Origin: Phoronis australis
Lineage: Eukaryota > Animalia > Phoronida
Length of the DNA stretch: 64,000 bases
Reading direction: 5' to 3'
Assembly: GCA_002633005.1 (NCBI GenBank)
Contig: NMRA01000498.1
Span: forward strand, 237,772-301,771
Shown: positions 1 to 10,600 of the stretch, one piece after another
Layout: every line of letters begins with the position of its first letter
How positions within the stretch are numbered: position 1 is the stretch's first letter
Translations under genes and position numbers: made by a program
The notes under the pieces: model-generated
What the model was told of the DNA's origin: nothing
The model's database searches: none
What the model saw: the letters and a program-made list of their open reading frames with translations, nothing else

Positions 1-1
1 T

Positions 2-2491
2 CCAGGAAACGAACACGCTATTCTTAATGTAAGTGATAGAAACAATGCCCATGACGAAAATGATGAAGACAAGCGTGACGATCCATGTAATGACGGTGAT
101 CTCAGACCTGGTATTATATATGAAAAAAGTGATCATGGGTCCGACGCTTTACACGACAAGCGTGATTCTATACTTGAGGCATCATGTGGTAATGGTGGCC
201 CTGAGCATACTACTTCGAAAGGAAATGGTGGTACTTGGCATGATACTCCGTATCGAAAGGGCGATAGTTACAATGACACTCAGTATAGAAACGGTGATCC
301 TGACAACGATATTTCATATAAAAACGGTGAAACCCAGCAAGATACTCAGTATGGGAAGGGTAATCCTGACAACGACATTCCACATGAACACGGTGATCCC
401 AAGGAGGATACTCCGTATGGAACTGTTGTCCCTGAGCATGATACTGGGTATGAAAATGGTGATCCTCGGCAGAATACTGCGCGTGAAAGATGTGATCCAA
501 GACATGATACCTCACGTGGAAATGGTGATCCAGGAAATGATACTCCGTATGGAGATGGTGATCCAGCACATGATACCCTGTATGGAGATGATGATCTGGG
601 GTGTCTGAATTCAAATTTGAATAAGGCACTGAAAGTACCCATCAGGGTATTAGCAGACTTGATGATCTTTCTAATGGCGTGTATATCAGCGTTCGTGAAT
701 CTTACCAAGCGACATATAGTACCAATCGCAGAGAACCTCTTGGACATTTCCGTCATGCTGGGAGATTTTGAAGATGATGACTTGAGTGAGGAATACGAAG
801 ATTCAAGTATCACTTTGACTAGAGTAGATGAAAACGGACAGACCAAAACTGTTCACTATGAATATATTGAAGACATTCTCGACGACATCCCAGAAATACC
901 ACACGGACATCAGGAAACTACAGCAGCGGCAACCACAAGCCTAAATTCAGAAACAAAGCTCAAACCATGTCATCTTACTACTGTTACTACTGTAGATAAC
1001 AAAAGCACGCTGAATCAGAAGAACGACTTCGATGAAAACAGTGGAATTACCAATAAGGTTGGCGCGGTGCAACTGCAGGGAATATGTAAAGAGAAAACAG
1101 ACGCTGTACTTGCAATTCAAGGACTGGAGCACATTACTGATGCGACTGGTGATCCAGGGCACGGTGTTTCGTGCGGAAATGGTTATCCAAATGATACTTC
1201 GTATCGAGATGATGGTCCAGGACATGATACTTTGAGTGGGAATGGTGATCCAGGAAATGATACTTCATGTGCAAATGGTGATCCAGTGACTGATACTCCA
1301 CATGGATATGGTAATCCCGGAAATGATACTCCGTATGAAGATTGTGATCCAGGGCATGCTGCTTCGTGTGGAAATGGTTATCCAGGAAATGATACTCCGT
1401 ATGGAGATAGTGGTCCAGGACATGATACTTCGTTTGGAAATGGTGATCCAGGAAATGATACTCTGTATGGAGATAGTGGTCCAGGACATGATACTCAGTA
1501 TGGAAATCGTGACCCAGGACATGGTGTCCCGTATGAAAGTAGTTATCCTTACCATTATACTCCTTATGGATGTGATGATTCTAATCATTATACCTCAGGT
1601 GAAAACTGTGATCCAGGATATTATACTCCATATGGAAATTGTGTCCCTGAGCATGATGATGCGTATAGAAGTGGTAATCTTGGCCATGATACTCCTAACC
1701 ACGTTGTTACATATGTAAACGGTGATCTTGAGCATGATACTGCGTATGAAAATGGTAATAATCCAGCTCATGATACTCCGTATGGAAATGGTAATACTGG
1801 CCCTGATGTTCCTCATGGAAATGGTGATCCTAACAACGATATGTCATATGGAAACGGGGATCCTGAGCACGATTCTGCGAATGAAAATGATGGCCCTGAG
1901 AACGATTCTGCGAATGAAAATGATGACCCTGAGCACGATCCTGCGTATGAAAATGGTGATCCAGAGCATGATACTGCGTATGACAATGGTGATCCAGGGC
2001 ATGATATTCTGCATGGAAATGGTGATCCAAGATATGATACTCTGCATGGAAATGGTGACCATGACCATGATACTCTGTATGCTCCTGATGGAAATGGTGA
2101 CCTGGGACATGATACTCTGTTTGGAAATGGTGACACAGGGCGCGATGCAAATGTTGAAACTGAACCTGAAATTTCTTTTACAAATAGAGTGCGGGAATGT
2201 AGTGGCACAGACGACAACAATGGACTTGTAACTGACGTTATCAATGGAATCCGCGGAGACAGTGTCGATGTTTCTTGTGGCAACGAAGGACGTGTCGATG
2301 ACCTTACTGGTGACCGCACTTCTGTCAATAATGAAAGTGCTAGCGTGAGAAAAGAATATACTGATGACGATCACGGGTATCTGAAACAAAAGAAAAGTCG
2401 TAAGAATAAGTCTCCGTCACGAACAAACAACGAGAAGAGGCTATTCTGGTGGCGACGCCTTTTGTGTTGTACCCCGTCACCAGAAGATTGA
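2..2491 (+). CDS. Partial (5'-truncated) ORF/large terminal exon: acidic Gly/Asp/His/Pro-rich tandem-repeat protein, function unknown
   Basis: The frame of ORF 617..2491 stays open upstream to base 2 (PGNEHAILNVSDRNNAHDENDEDK...), giving ~830 codons without a stop. Two blocks of ~11-aa repeats (G-N-G-D-P-G/E-H/N-D-T-x-Y), a hydrophobic stretch IRVLADLMIFLMACISAFVNL (641-703), and C-terminal KQKKSRKNK...FWWRRLLCCTPSPED*. AATAAA at 2892-2897. Confidence 0.75.
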   Translation, partial: PGNEHAILNVSDRNNAHDENDEDKRDDPCNDGDLRPGIIYEKSDHGSDALHDKRDSILEASCGNGGPEHTTSKGNGGTWHDTPYRKGDSYNDTQYRNGDPDNDISYKNGETQQDTQYGKGNPDNDIPHEHGDPKEDTPYGTVVPEHDTGYENGDPRQNTARERCDPRHDTSRGNGDPGNDTPYGDGDPAHDTLYGDDDLGCLNSNLNKALKVPIRVLADLMIFLMACISAFVNLTKRHIVPIAENLLDISVMLGDFEDDDLSEEYEDSSITLTRVDENGQTKTVHYEYIEDILDDIPEIPHGHQETTAAATTSLNSETKLKPCHLTTVTTVDNKSTLNQKNDFDENSGITNKVGAVQLQGICKEKTDAVLAIQGLEHITDATGDPGHGVSCGNGYPNDTSYRDDGPGHDTLSGNGDPGNDTSCANGDPVTDTPHGYGNPGNDTPYEDCDPGHAASCGNGYPGNDTPYGDSGPGHDTSFGNGDPGNDTLYGDSGPGHDTQYGNRDPGHGVPYESSYPYHYTPYGCDDSNHYTSGENCDPGYYTPYGNCVPEHDDAYRSGNLGHDTPNHVVTYVNGDLEHDTAYENGNNPAHDTPYGNGNTGPDVPHGNGDPNNDMSYGNGDPEHDSANENDGPENDSANENDDPEHDPAYENGDPEHDTAYDNGDPGHDILHGNGDPRYDTLHGNGDHDHDTLYAPDGNGDLGHDTLFGNGDTGRDANVETEPEISFTNRVRECSGTDDNNGLVTDVINGIRGDSVDVSCGNEGRVDDLTGDRTSVNNESASVRKEYTDDDHGYLKQKKSRKNKSPSRTNNEKRLFWWRRLLCCTPSPED
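185..600 (+). repeat. Coding minisatellite block 1 (~33-bp unit, ggaaatggtgatccagg..atgatactccgtat)
   Basis: Recurrent aatggtgatcc / atgatactc motifs at ~33-bp spacing, degenerate. Confidence 0.8.
1145..2140 (+). repeat. Coding minisatellite block 2 (~33-bp unit, roughly 30 degenerate copies)
   Basis: Same unit as block 1; encodes GNGDPGHDTPY-type repeats. Confidence 0.85.
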
Positions 2492-2999
2492 GAGTTCACT
2501 TGGGACTCTACCGATTGGGGGAATCATTATTCTAATTTATGTGCCCTGGAGTATTTGCAGAACTTTTACATTTTGAAGTGTATTTCTGTGTATTTTGAGC
2601 TTCAATACAAGTATTTTGCGGCCATTTGGTTTTACGTTGTTTGAAGTCATGTTTCGCCTGGTGTTGACTCCTCAGTGTTCGTCAAAGGATACTTTTTGTG
2701 GAGGTCACATACTGTAGTTTGCCGCGTGACTCAGGAAGGGGTTCCTAAAAAAGTGCCGTCAACTCAGCCAGATATTTCGCCGCTCTCTCACACCGTCTCC
2801 AGAGAGTTATATGCCCTTTGTGGTATTGCCTCGGGCCAGCCTCCGGCTCCGATGCGTACAAGAATTCACCATCACGATACTGTAATCATTCAATAAATGT
2901 TTGAATTCCTCGACAGGTAAAAAAGTTTTCAATGAACAACTGGAAATATAAGTCATTGATTTCCGCCAAATCTTTAGAATATGGAGCTAAAAACGGCAC

Positions 3000-3267
3000 C
3001 AAACCTATTTGATCAAAAACCGGACAATCGCCGCACAAATAAAAAAGTTCATGTTCAATTCAACGTTTCGTCTTTTCATTAGACATCATCAGGATCATAT
3101 TTACAACAATTTAGGACAACAAGTGCCAACATACAGCTCAGGTAACATCCATAGAGTGAAGTGAGAGACGAAACGTTGAATTGAACATGAACTTTTTTAT
3201 TTGTGCGGCGATTGCCCGGTTTTTGATCTTATTGTGGCCAAAAACTGACTTAACAAACCTATTTGAT
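3000..3267. mobile_element. Short Penelope-like (pLTR-type) insertion remnant: ~63-bp inverted repeat, hammerhead-like core, 14-bp flanking direct repeat
   Basis: 3011-3073 is the near-perfect reverse complement of 3166-3228. caaacctatttgat occurs at 3000-3013 and 3254-3267. The minus strand of ~3060-3095 reads CTGATGA-tgtctaatgaaaagac-GAAAC-GTT. Confidence 0.6.
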
Positions 3268-4629
3268 TCCGTGAGAAATCGGTACCAGAATTTGATATTC
3301 ATCAACTAACTCGTTATGGATTAATTGTCAAGGCATCTCTTTTCACCATAACTCTTTGACCAAGTGCAGTCAATGTTAAATGTACAATTACCACCCGACC
3401 GCTTTACATTGCGCTCTAGTCAAAGACGGCGATTCGACAATAAGAGAATTTCTGAAAATAGAAAGAAAGTGTTCGGAAACTGGTGGTGGGTCACGACTTC
3501 ATGACATCAGAGCTTGAATATTGCTTGTTTGGTTTAAAATTGATTCAATTTATACTCCAGTTAACTTTAATTTGTAAAGGCCATTGAACTTTACTTTCAA
3601 CACTTTTTAGCTCAACCTATCCTGGGGCGCATGCAACGATCGACTTGTTCAAACTAATGCTGACATTGCCTTTTGATAAGGGTGCGACGATTAATCAAAT
3701 TATAATCGAAGTCGATGCAGGAGCAAACGATTTCGATATAGACACGCCTAACCACATTTCGATTTTGTAGTTCTAATTTCGCCGTTGGTATGGGTGTCTT
3801 ACAATCATGAAAATTGGGATATTGAACAAATAAACAGCTCAAGATCGTTCATTAGTTTTAATCTTATCATTTTTAGCAAGTGTATTGCTAAAATTAATAC
3901 AAGTGGCAAGTTAACAACTTTCGTTTGTGAACCAATGAATTAATTTGACAAACAAGAATCGAATCGAAAATCTATCAAAAATTCCTCCTTGGCATAAAGA
4001 ATCGTGATACAAATGGCATCGTTGACTAAAGCACTTTTCATTTGTTTTTCAAAAAGTCCTTCACTTCCAATTCCAAACTGCGTCTTACGGCTGCAAAAAC
4101 GATAGCGTGCCTTTAAGGGCTAGCCACGACGAGTTCTCATCACACTCTGATCGCCCAGACAAAACGTCACATGGATTTACTCCCATCCCCACACTTGGGT
4201 TTTCATTGGAAAAAAACGGCTAAGCCTTTCAGACGTTAGTTTCACTTGGCAAGATGGTGGTTAGAGGAATTGCAGGCGTTTCATTGTTTTCAAAACAAAG
4301 AAACACAGTAGTGTTTTTTGTAAGAGTAATTGCGCCAGTGAAGGAAATTGATGTTTTTCGCGCCAAAGCTGCCCAGGCACACGCACACACTTTGTGGAAC
4401 ATTTTAGGAAACCAACGGGATAAGGTTTACCGGAGAGCATATTTGAAAGCTCCACGAGGAGTTCTTTTCGTATTTGTTGACCTGATTGGGTGCGCCATTG
4501 ATATCCCAGCCTCGTCCCCAAGGCCTCAGCGCTATCTTGAGGCTTGGAGACGAGGCTGTTGTGTTAATGTCGTTGCACTTAAGGAAGAAACAGTCTTTCC
4601 GAGAACAAATGTATGTTTCAATAGCAAGG

Positions 4630-5618
4630 TGTTCCGTCGAAATTGGAACCCCTTTGTGAAACAGACATCCCGGAGTGGAAAACAGACTGCCGCACCTTTA
4701 AAACAGCTAACCAGCCCGAAAAACACGAACCCCGACCTTTAAAACAGGAATCCAACCCAGGGGATCGGACAGAGAACCCGGGAACCGAAACGCCACTCCC
4801 GCACTTTCTGTCAGAGAGTGAATGCAATGAGTTCAGAAATTCCGATTCCAAATTCCGTTTTAATGCTCGATGAGGAGTTGAAGTACAAATTTTTTGAGGG
4901 CAAGAACGGTGAAATTGGTGACGGAGCAGGTCTTTTGAGTGAACAATTCTCTGGGTCCATTTCAAAATCTGGGAAATGATTGTGCCGGAAGTAATGTAAA
5001 GATATTTTAAGAAATTAATCAACAATGGCAGTCTAAAGTAGAAATGATATTTTTGTTCTTAATTTTTGAAAATGACTCACTTGACTTTAATCCTTATCCC
5101 CAAGTGGTGGATAGGGCCTCTGTGACTAAGCGCTATCGAATCCTATTGTTAGCTATCTGTTTTATCTGCTCCATATTGTATCCGGTTTCAAATTTTTGAA
5201 AATATTTTGGAGAAACTAATGAATAATCTGAAATTAATTGAATATTCACCGACTATAATAACGTGTTGAGAGCACAGATTATGTTGAAATTCGCCCACAG
5301 GCAAGTTGGACGAGTTTTACCGATAAAAATCAAATAATGAAGTCACTGTAATATAAGTTACGCTTTATTATTGACAATTTTTAAGAAACAAATACAGAAA
5401 ACAACCGGAAAGTAATTGAAGATGAAAGTTTTAGGCTACTGACATAGTCTCAGAAAATCTGAAAAATTGTCCGGGTTTCCTGTCCGATCCGGACCCGGGG
5501 TTCGTGTTTTAAAGGTCGGGGTTCGTGATTTTCCGGCTGGTTAGCTGTTTTGAAGGTGCGGCATGTTTTCGACTACGGGATAGCTGTTTCACACCTGGAT
5601 TCCAATTTCGCTGAAATA
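4630..5618. mobile_element. Non-autonomous DNA element with long imperfect terminal inverted repeats (~150 bp)
   Basis: ~4630-4785 (gaaattggaa...tgtgaaacag...gccgcacctttaaaacagctaaccagcc...acgaaccccgacctttaaaac...ggatcggacag) mirrors ~5468-5618 in reverse complement; AT-rich non-coding interior. Confidence 0.75.
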
Positions 5619-7552
5619 CTCCGAATACAACTTTGTGGGGGCATTGTTACTTTGTTATCGAGTGAAACCCTTTTTTCTCGACCATGAAATATATGCGTGA
5701 CTGTACTTATTTGCATAGAACTACAGAAACTAGGTCTAGGATTTGTACAAACGAAACAATTGCTACAAAAAACGAGCGCGCTCAAACATGAAACGTGAAA
5801 AAATATAAAAATGAAGTATTTTAGCTATCGAATTACTCTTCTGAGAAAAGTGGGCCGGTGGGACAGAGGGAAACAACAGTTTAACTGTCCAAAAGATGTC
5901 GCCCATGCATAATCGTCTTTCCCAACTTTCTTCCTTCCAGGCAAACTCGGAAACCAATTTTGGCGGGCAAATGTACTATCGTTTTTTCATATTTTGCATA
6001 AAAGATACCGCAAGTAGTAACAAATAAATGCGTTGTCAGTTCAAATATCTGCGTAAATACTAAAACGGTATGCTCTTATGGACCACCACGGAAATAAGTT
6101 TTTAGCTTTTTGGTGTTATCCAGATCGTGTACATAATTATTTTTTGAATTTTTCATCTTGTACCTTGTATTTATTATTGTATGTATTATTGTAATTATGT
6201 AAATTATGAAATAAATTAATCTAATCTAACTTGCCTTGTAGGTAGGGAGGAGACGGTGGCAGATGCCTGCCCTCTTACAAATGGGGGTGTGCCTCCCCTA
6301 AAGTTAGTAATGGCAACACCTTTATAAGCCAGTTCTCCTGAATACTGCGATGGTGCTAGATCGCAGCAAATGCGCATCATTGGTGCAAACCATGTCTTAC
6401 GGGATGTACACTTTATATCTTCATACTTAGAATAATGTATAATGTGCGGAATAATAACAAAATAAAAATAGAGCCTCTTTAACTGTGTCAGTAACGATAC
6501 CATCAAGACTAGTCAACTGACGTACCTTCAAATAGGGAAGTCAATGCAGTCAGGAAATTGGCAGAGTATTTTCAATTTACACGAAGCCGATTGCCTAACG
6601 GAGGTAGCAACGAGGGTAGTGAGCTTTTGAAGCGGCAAAGCTAATTCTGTGATCAGTACACGTTTTGTTACATTAATCTTGTTATAATTTCCATTATAAA
6701 CAGTGTTCTCTAGTTCGTTGTTAATTTATTTACGTATGTTATTCTTTTAATTCTATGAGTCCGTTCAAGGGTAATTTCAAACTCGTCAATTTTGCGTGGT
6801 ATTCGTCAATGAGGCATAAGTTACGGACATCTCAATAGGAGTCGCGATGGCTTGAATTCGTATTGTTTACTCCCCGTGTTTACACCCTCAAGACAGAGAG
6901 GTACCGCCATCCAATCAGATTATCAGTTTTCCTTCAGCGATCCTGGACTGGCTAGAGTCCTGTGGGTGAGCTCCATTTTCTCAAAGGGGTATTCAGTTAC
7001 AAATCTCTTTTAAGCATATTAGATCATAGAACCAATTTACTTTAAATATTTTGATTTTCTTTTTACACCTGTATAAGTTTAAATGAATTGTAATGGGTCG
7101 GCAAAATCAAAGACAAAACTGCACGGATCAATACTAAAATAATTTGACACCCCTCTTTGGCGTAATGCCGACCCCTCAATTACTCGGTGGTAATACGGAA
7201 TCTTTAAGTTGTAGTGTCCCGCGGCGAGCGGTCCCTTTGATTCGGTAAGCATCTTGGCGTTTCATATTTTATTTTGCATTGTCTATGTGTATTTGAATCA
7301 GACGATTAATAACGTGAGTGTAGTCATGTTTACTCCAGAACATATCCAACCTTTGCCGTGGTAACATCACGCGTTATTTTCGTAAAGCGGACGAACATAC
7401 CTGCCTCTCGCGCCTGCTGGACTTTGATGTTAGCGAAAATTATTCAAAAGTTTTTTGATTGTTGATCTTCAGAGTTTGTTAAACATCTGACAGCCTTACT
7501 GTAAACACGTGTTCCTTATCAAGATCGCTTTTCTCTAAAAGAGACTTGGAAC

Positions 7553-7559
7553 TATAAAG
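7553..7559 (+). promoter_or_regulatory. Possible TATA box of the C13-like gene
   Basis: TATAAAG ~100-140 bp upstream of candidate ATGs at 7657/7693; position only. Confidence 0.25.
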
Positions 7560-7692
7560 GCGAGGCCGACAATCGATAGAAGCCTTGGATTTTCACGTGT
7601 TTTTTATTTTACTTAATCACTTTGCGTTTGATTTGTCTTCCCATAACATCGGACCCATGTATCTTTCAGAGCACAACTTCGTAGGACGCACC

Positions 7693-10600
7693 ATGAACGC
7701 TATGGAGTATTGTGGTGTGAAACTGATCTTGTTTTACACATTTCACGTTTGTCTAGTTCTAAGTTATGTTCACGACGATGCGTCCGGTCGAATTAACACT
7801 ACCTACCAAGTCGTCTACAACCCAAATATCACAGCAAACGCCAAACAGATTCGCTGGGCTGAAACGGCATTTAACTTCATGACGACGCTTGACTGCAAAT
7901 CTGTATTTTTCACCACGCCAAAAGTCTGCCAAGGTCTACTCACACTTCGACGCGAGGACGTTAATATTTATCTAGCAGACCCTTCGCCAGAGGGGAGATT
8001 TCTCGCTGTGCTCCCTGATGGCTCTCTTAGTCGCGCGGGATCCCACGATGGGGTTTTGGTCTTGGACCCCTATCCTCTTGCAAATTTCGGTCACCTGGTT
8101 ATCGTGTTTTTCATCGATATGAACGTCCCCAGCGAAACGTGCAGAGCCCGTGGAGGTCTGACTAATGGTAAGTAATTTCCCTGCTTTTGGTACCACTGTA
8201 CATAAACCTTCCGAGGCATAATGTTTGCTCTACACTGGATGCGAAATCATCCAATTATGTTCCAAGTCGAATCACTGCACGTGCGACGTGCTGCTGCGTT
8301 GTATGAGACTATTTACCATTGGTGAAGCCAAAGATTACATACACGAGGAACAGAATCTCTGTATTTCACCAGATGTCTATCTTTTTTAAAATTGGGCACG
8401 TTTTTCTCAGTCTGTCCGGTAACCTGGCACTTCATTTGTGTTCAAGGAATAAAAAAGTAAATACGATTATTTTTTTGGAAGCAGTACACACAGGTTGATT
8501 TGAAGCTGAAGAAGGCCCCATGCTGTGACGGTTTACACTAAGCCCATTCTAGGATAATATCAATTTGTCAAGCGATAATAAATGAGGGCCGATTACCTGA
8601 CGAGATGCCTTTGATGTGCCGGCTAAAATCGCACGACAATTTGTCGCTAAATACAAACGCTTATTTGATGACGGGCTGTAGAGTGAACACACCTCTACTC
8701 TGAAGTGAATCGTTGAATGAGTTTCCATTACAGAAAAGCGCTCGCTGTCACATATTTTTGACAAGGACACCACAGGTGATTTTTTTACCTGGACTTCTTA
8801 CACGCTTAACCTTTGTGTTTGTTATCCAAACGCATTTGTTGTAAGATTTGTAGAAGCCTTTTGAATCTGTTAGGTAGACACGTGGTTCGACTTAGTCATT
8901 TAGTAAATAGTAAGTTAGACGCAAGCTCTCGGGGTAGTTACCGACAAGTTTCACCACAGCAAACAGATCGCTCGTCCAGTTGACGACACATCAGTTTTAA
9001 ACATGTGTATTTTGTACGCAGATTAACTTTGATCCACTACCTGAACACGAAAACAGTTCCATTTTAAAGTGCCGACAACTTGAACTTTAATCAACGGTAA
9101 CGTATTTTGAGGCAGTTAATAGCCACTTTATAAGATGGATACAACCAGGGAATTTGAACTCAATTTAGATTATATCAGTTTTTAACACGTACAGTCAAGC
9201 GTAAGGTCAGAGATAAAATGGCATCAAAGGAACCCGCTTAATTTTTTTGGTAAAACAGAACATTGACCTGTTATTCCCCTCTCGGATTTTCCCCTCGTTG
9301 TCGTTTTCTATAAGCGATTTAGACCCCACATTTAAATAATTTCTTTTCAATCGAAAATAACAGATTATCAGAGGCAGAGGAAATGCCTATTTATACAAGT
9401 GTTAATAGACTATAAATTTCGAGAACGTTTTTATCGTTTTACATTCGATCTTTTAGACATAATGCAATAATTCATGCGTCTCAAACGCGAGCATAAACGT
9501 ACATTATTTGTCTCCATGCGTAAAAAATCGACAGGCGGAGCCAAATCGTATTCACCTTAACATCTGGAATGAGGACAGTAATTGGAGTCGGATGATAATG
9601 GGAGGATGGACGCCCTCTCGGTGTGTTCGCGCTTTCGTGGGTAATCGTAATATGCCAAAACAGGCGGTTTTCTTTGATTTACAAAATGTACGCTGCGGAA
9701 ATAAAAACATTCCAAGATCTTTGGGCTTTCGACAATCTGGAAACAAAATATCAGAGGGTAATTTTACCATGAAAAATTATCAGAATATCCGAGTTTTGAC
9801 GGCTTTCGCTCGTCTCCTGTGTGTGTTGGCTTGGTTGCACAAATATACATCACCTGTATAAAGGCGGCTTGATTCTTTGATCTCTTAATTCGCGTCTTAT
9901 TAGAACTAACCTTGTTTACGTTCTGTGAGTTGAATTGGCTTAGGTCCTCGTCAATGCAGCGACCAATTGAGTTTGTACAGCAGACGTGATATATTTGTCA
10001 ATGCTGAACAAAACGGGTGTGAAATTGGGAGAGTTTCACAGAGCCCCGCCTCTGTAACTTCGTGCACTAAATGCCGGGTTTAGTAATAAATCTCCTTTCA
10101 CGTCAGGCAAAGTCTTTTGTTGTTTGGTTAACTCCTAAACAATTCCTATTTGATTTAGGTGTTTGTTGTGATAAAGGTCCCACGGAGTTAGCTCAGAACA
10201 AACAGGAGAGCAGTTGCATGTAGTTGGAGTGGAGGTACCTTGAAAACACTACACCGGTTTTGAAAAATGATTACGTCTGATGCTGCGCCTCTTTGATTTA
10301 TTTAGATTCAACATATTTATGTCTGTAATACAGGCCTGTGTTGACTCGCTACTGCTAACGAAAATGACACGCACGTGACAACAATTTTCCGCGCCATTTA
10401 CGTAAAGTATTCCTTCCTAGCACAATTACAAAACTTGAATATTTGTTTGAAAGTAGCAAAAGTGTAAGGTTGTGTATCTATAATCGTACAACAATAACAA
10501 TGTTTCATATGCATATAGATATTGATTGCTCTTGCACTTTTAATCCTTCAGATGTCATGAGTTCAGCATGCCAATTTCCAGTTAGCAACACTGGTCTGCC

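Noticed and set aside
33-2389. Many overlapping ORFs in other frames and strands (Met/Ile-rich, His-rich)
   Set aside because: Shadow ORFs of the 33-bp repeat; only the frame 2..2491 is continuously open and has non-repeat protein-like segments.
4000-4742. ORF 4254..4742 and neighbouring minus-strand frames as a possible transposase remnant
   Set aside because: No recognisable motif or splice structure; frames are interrupted by stops.
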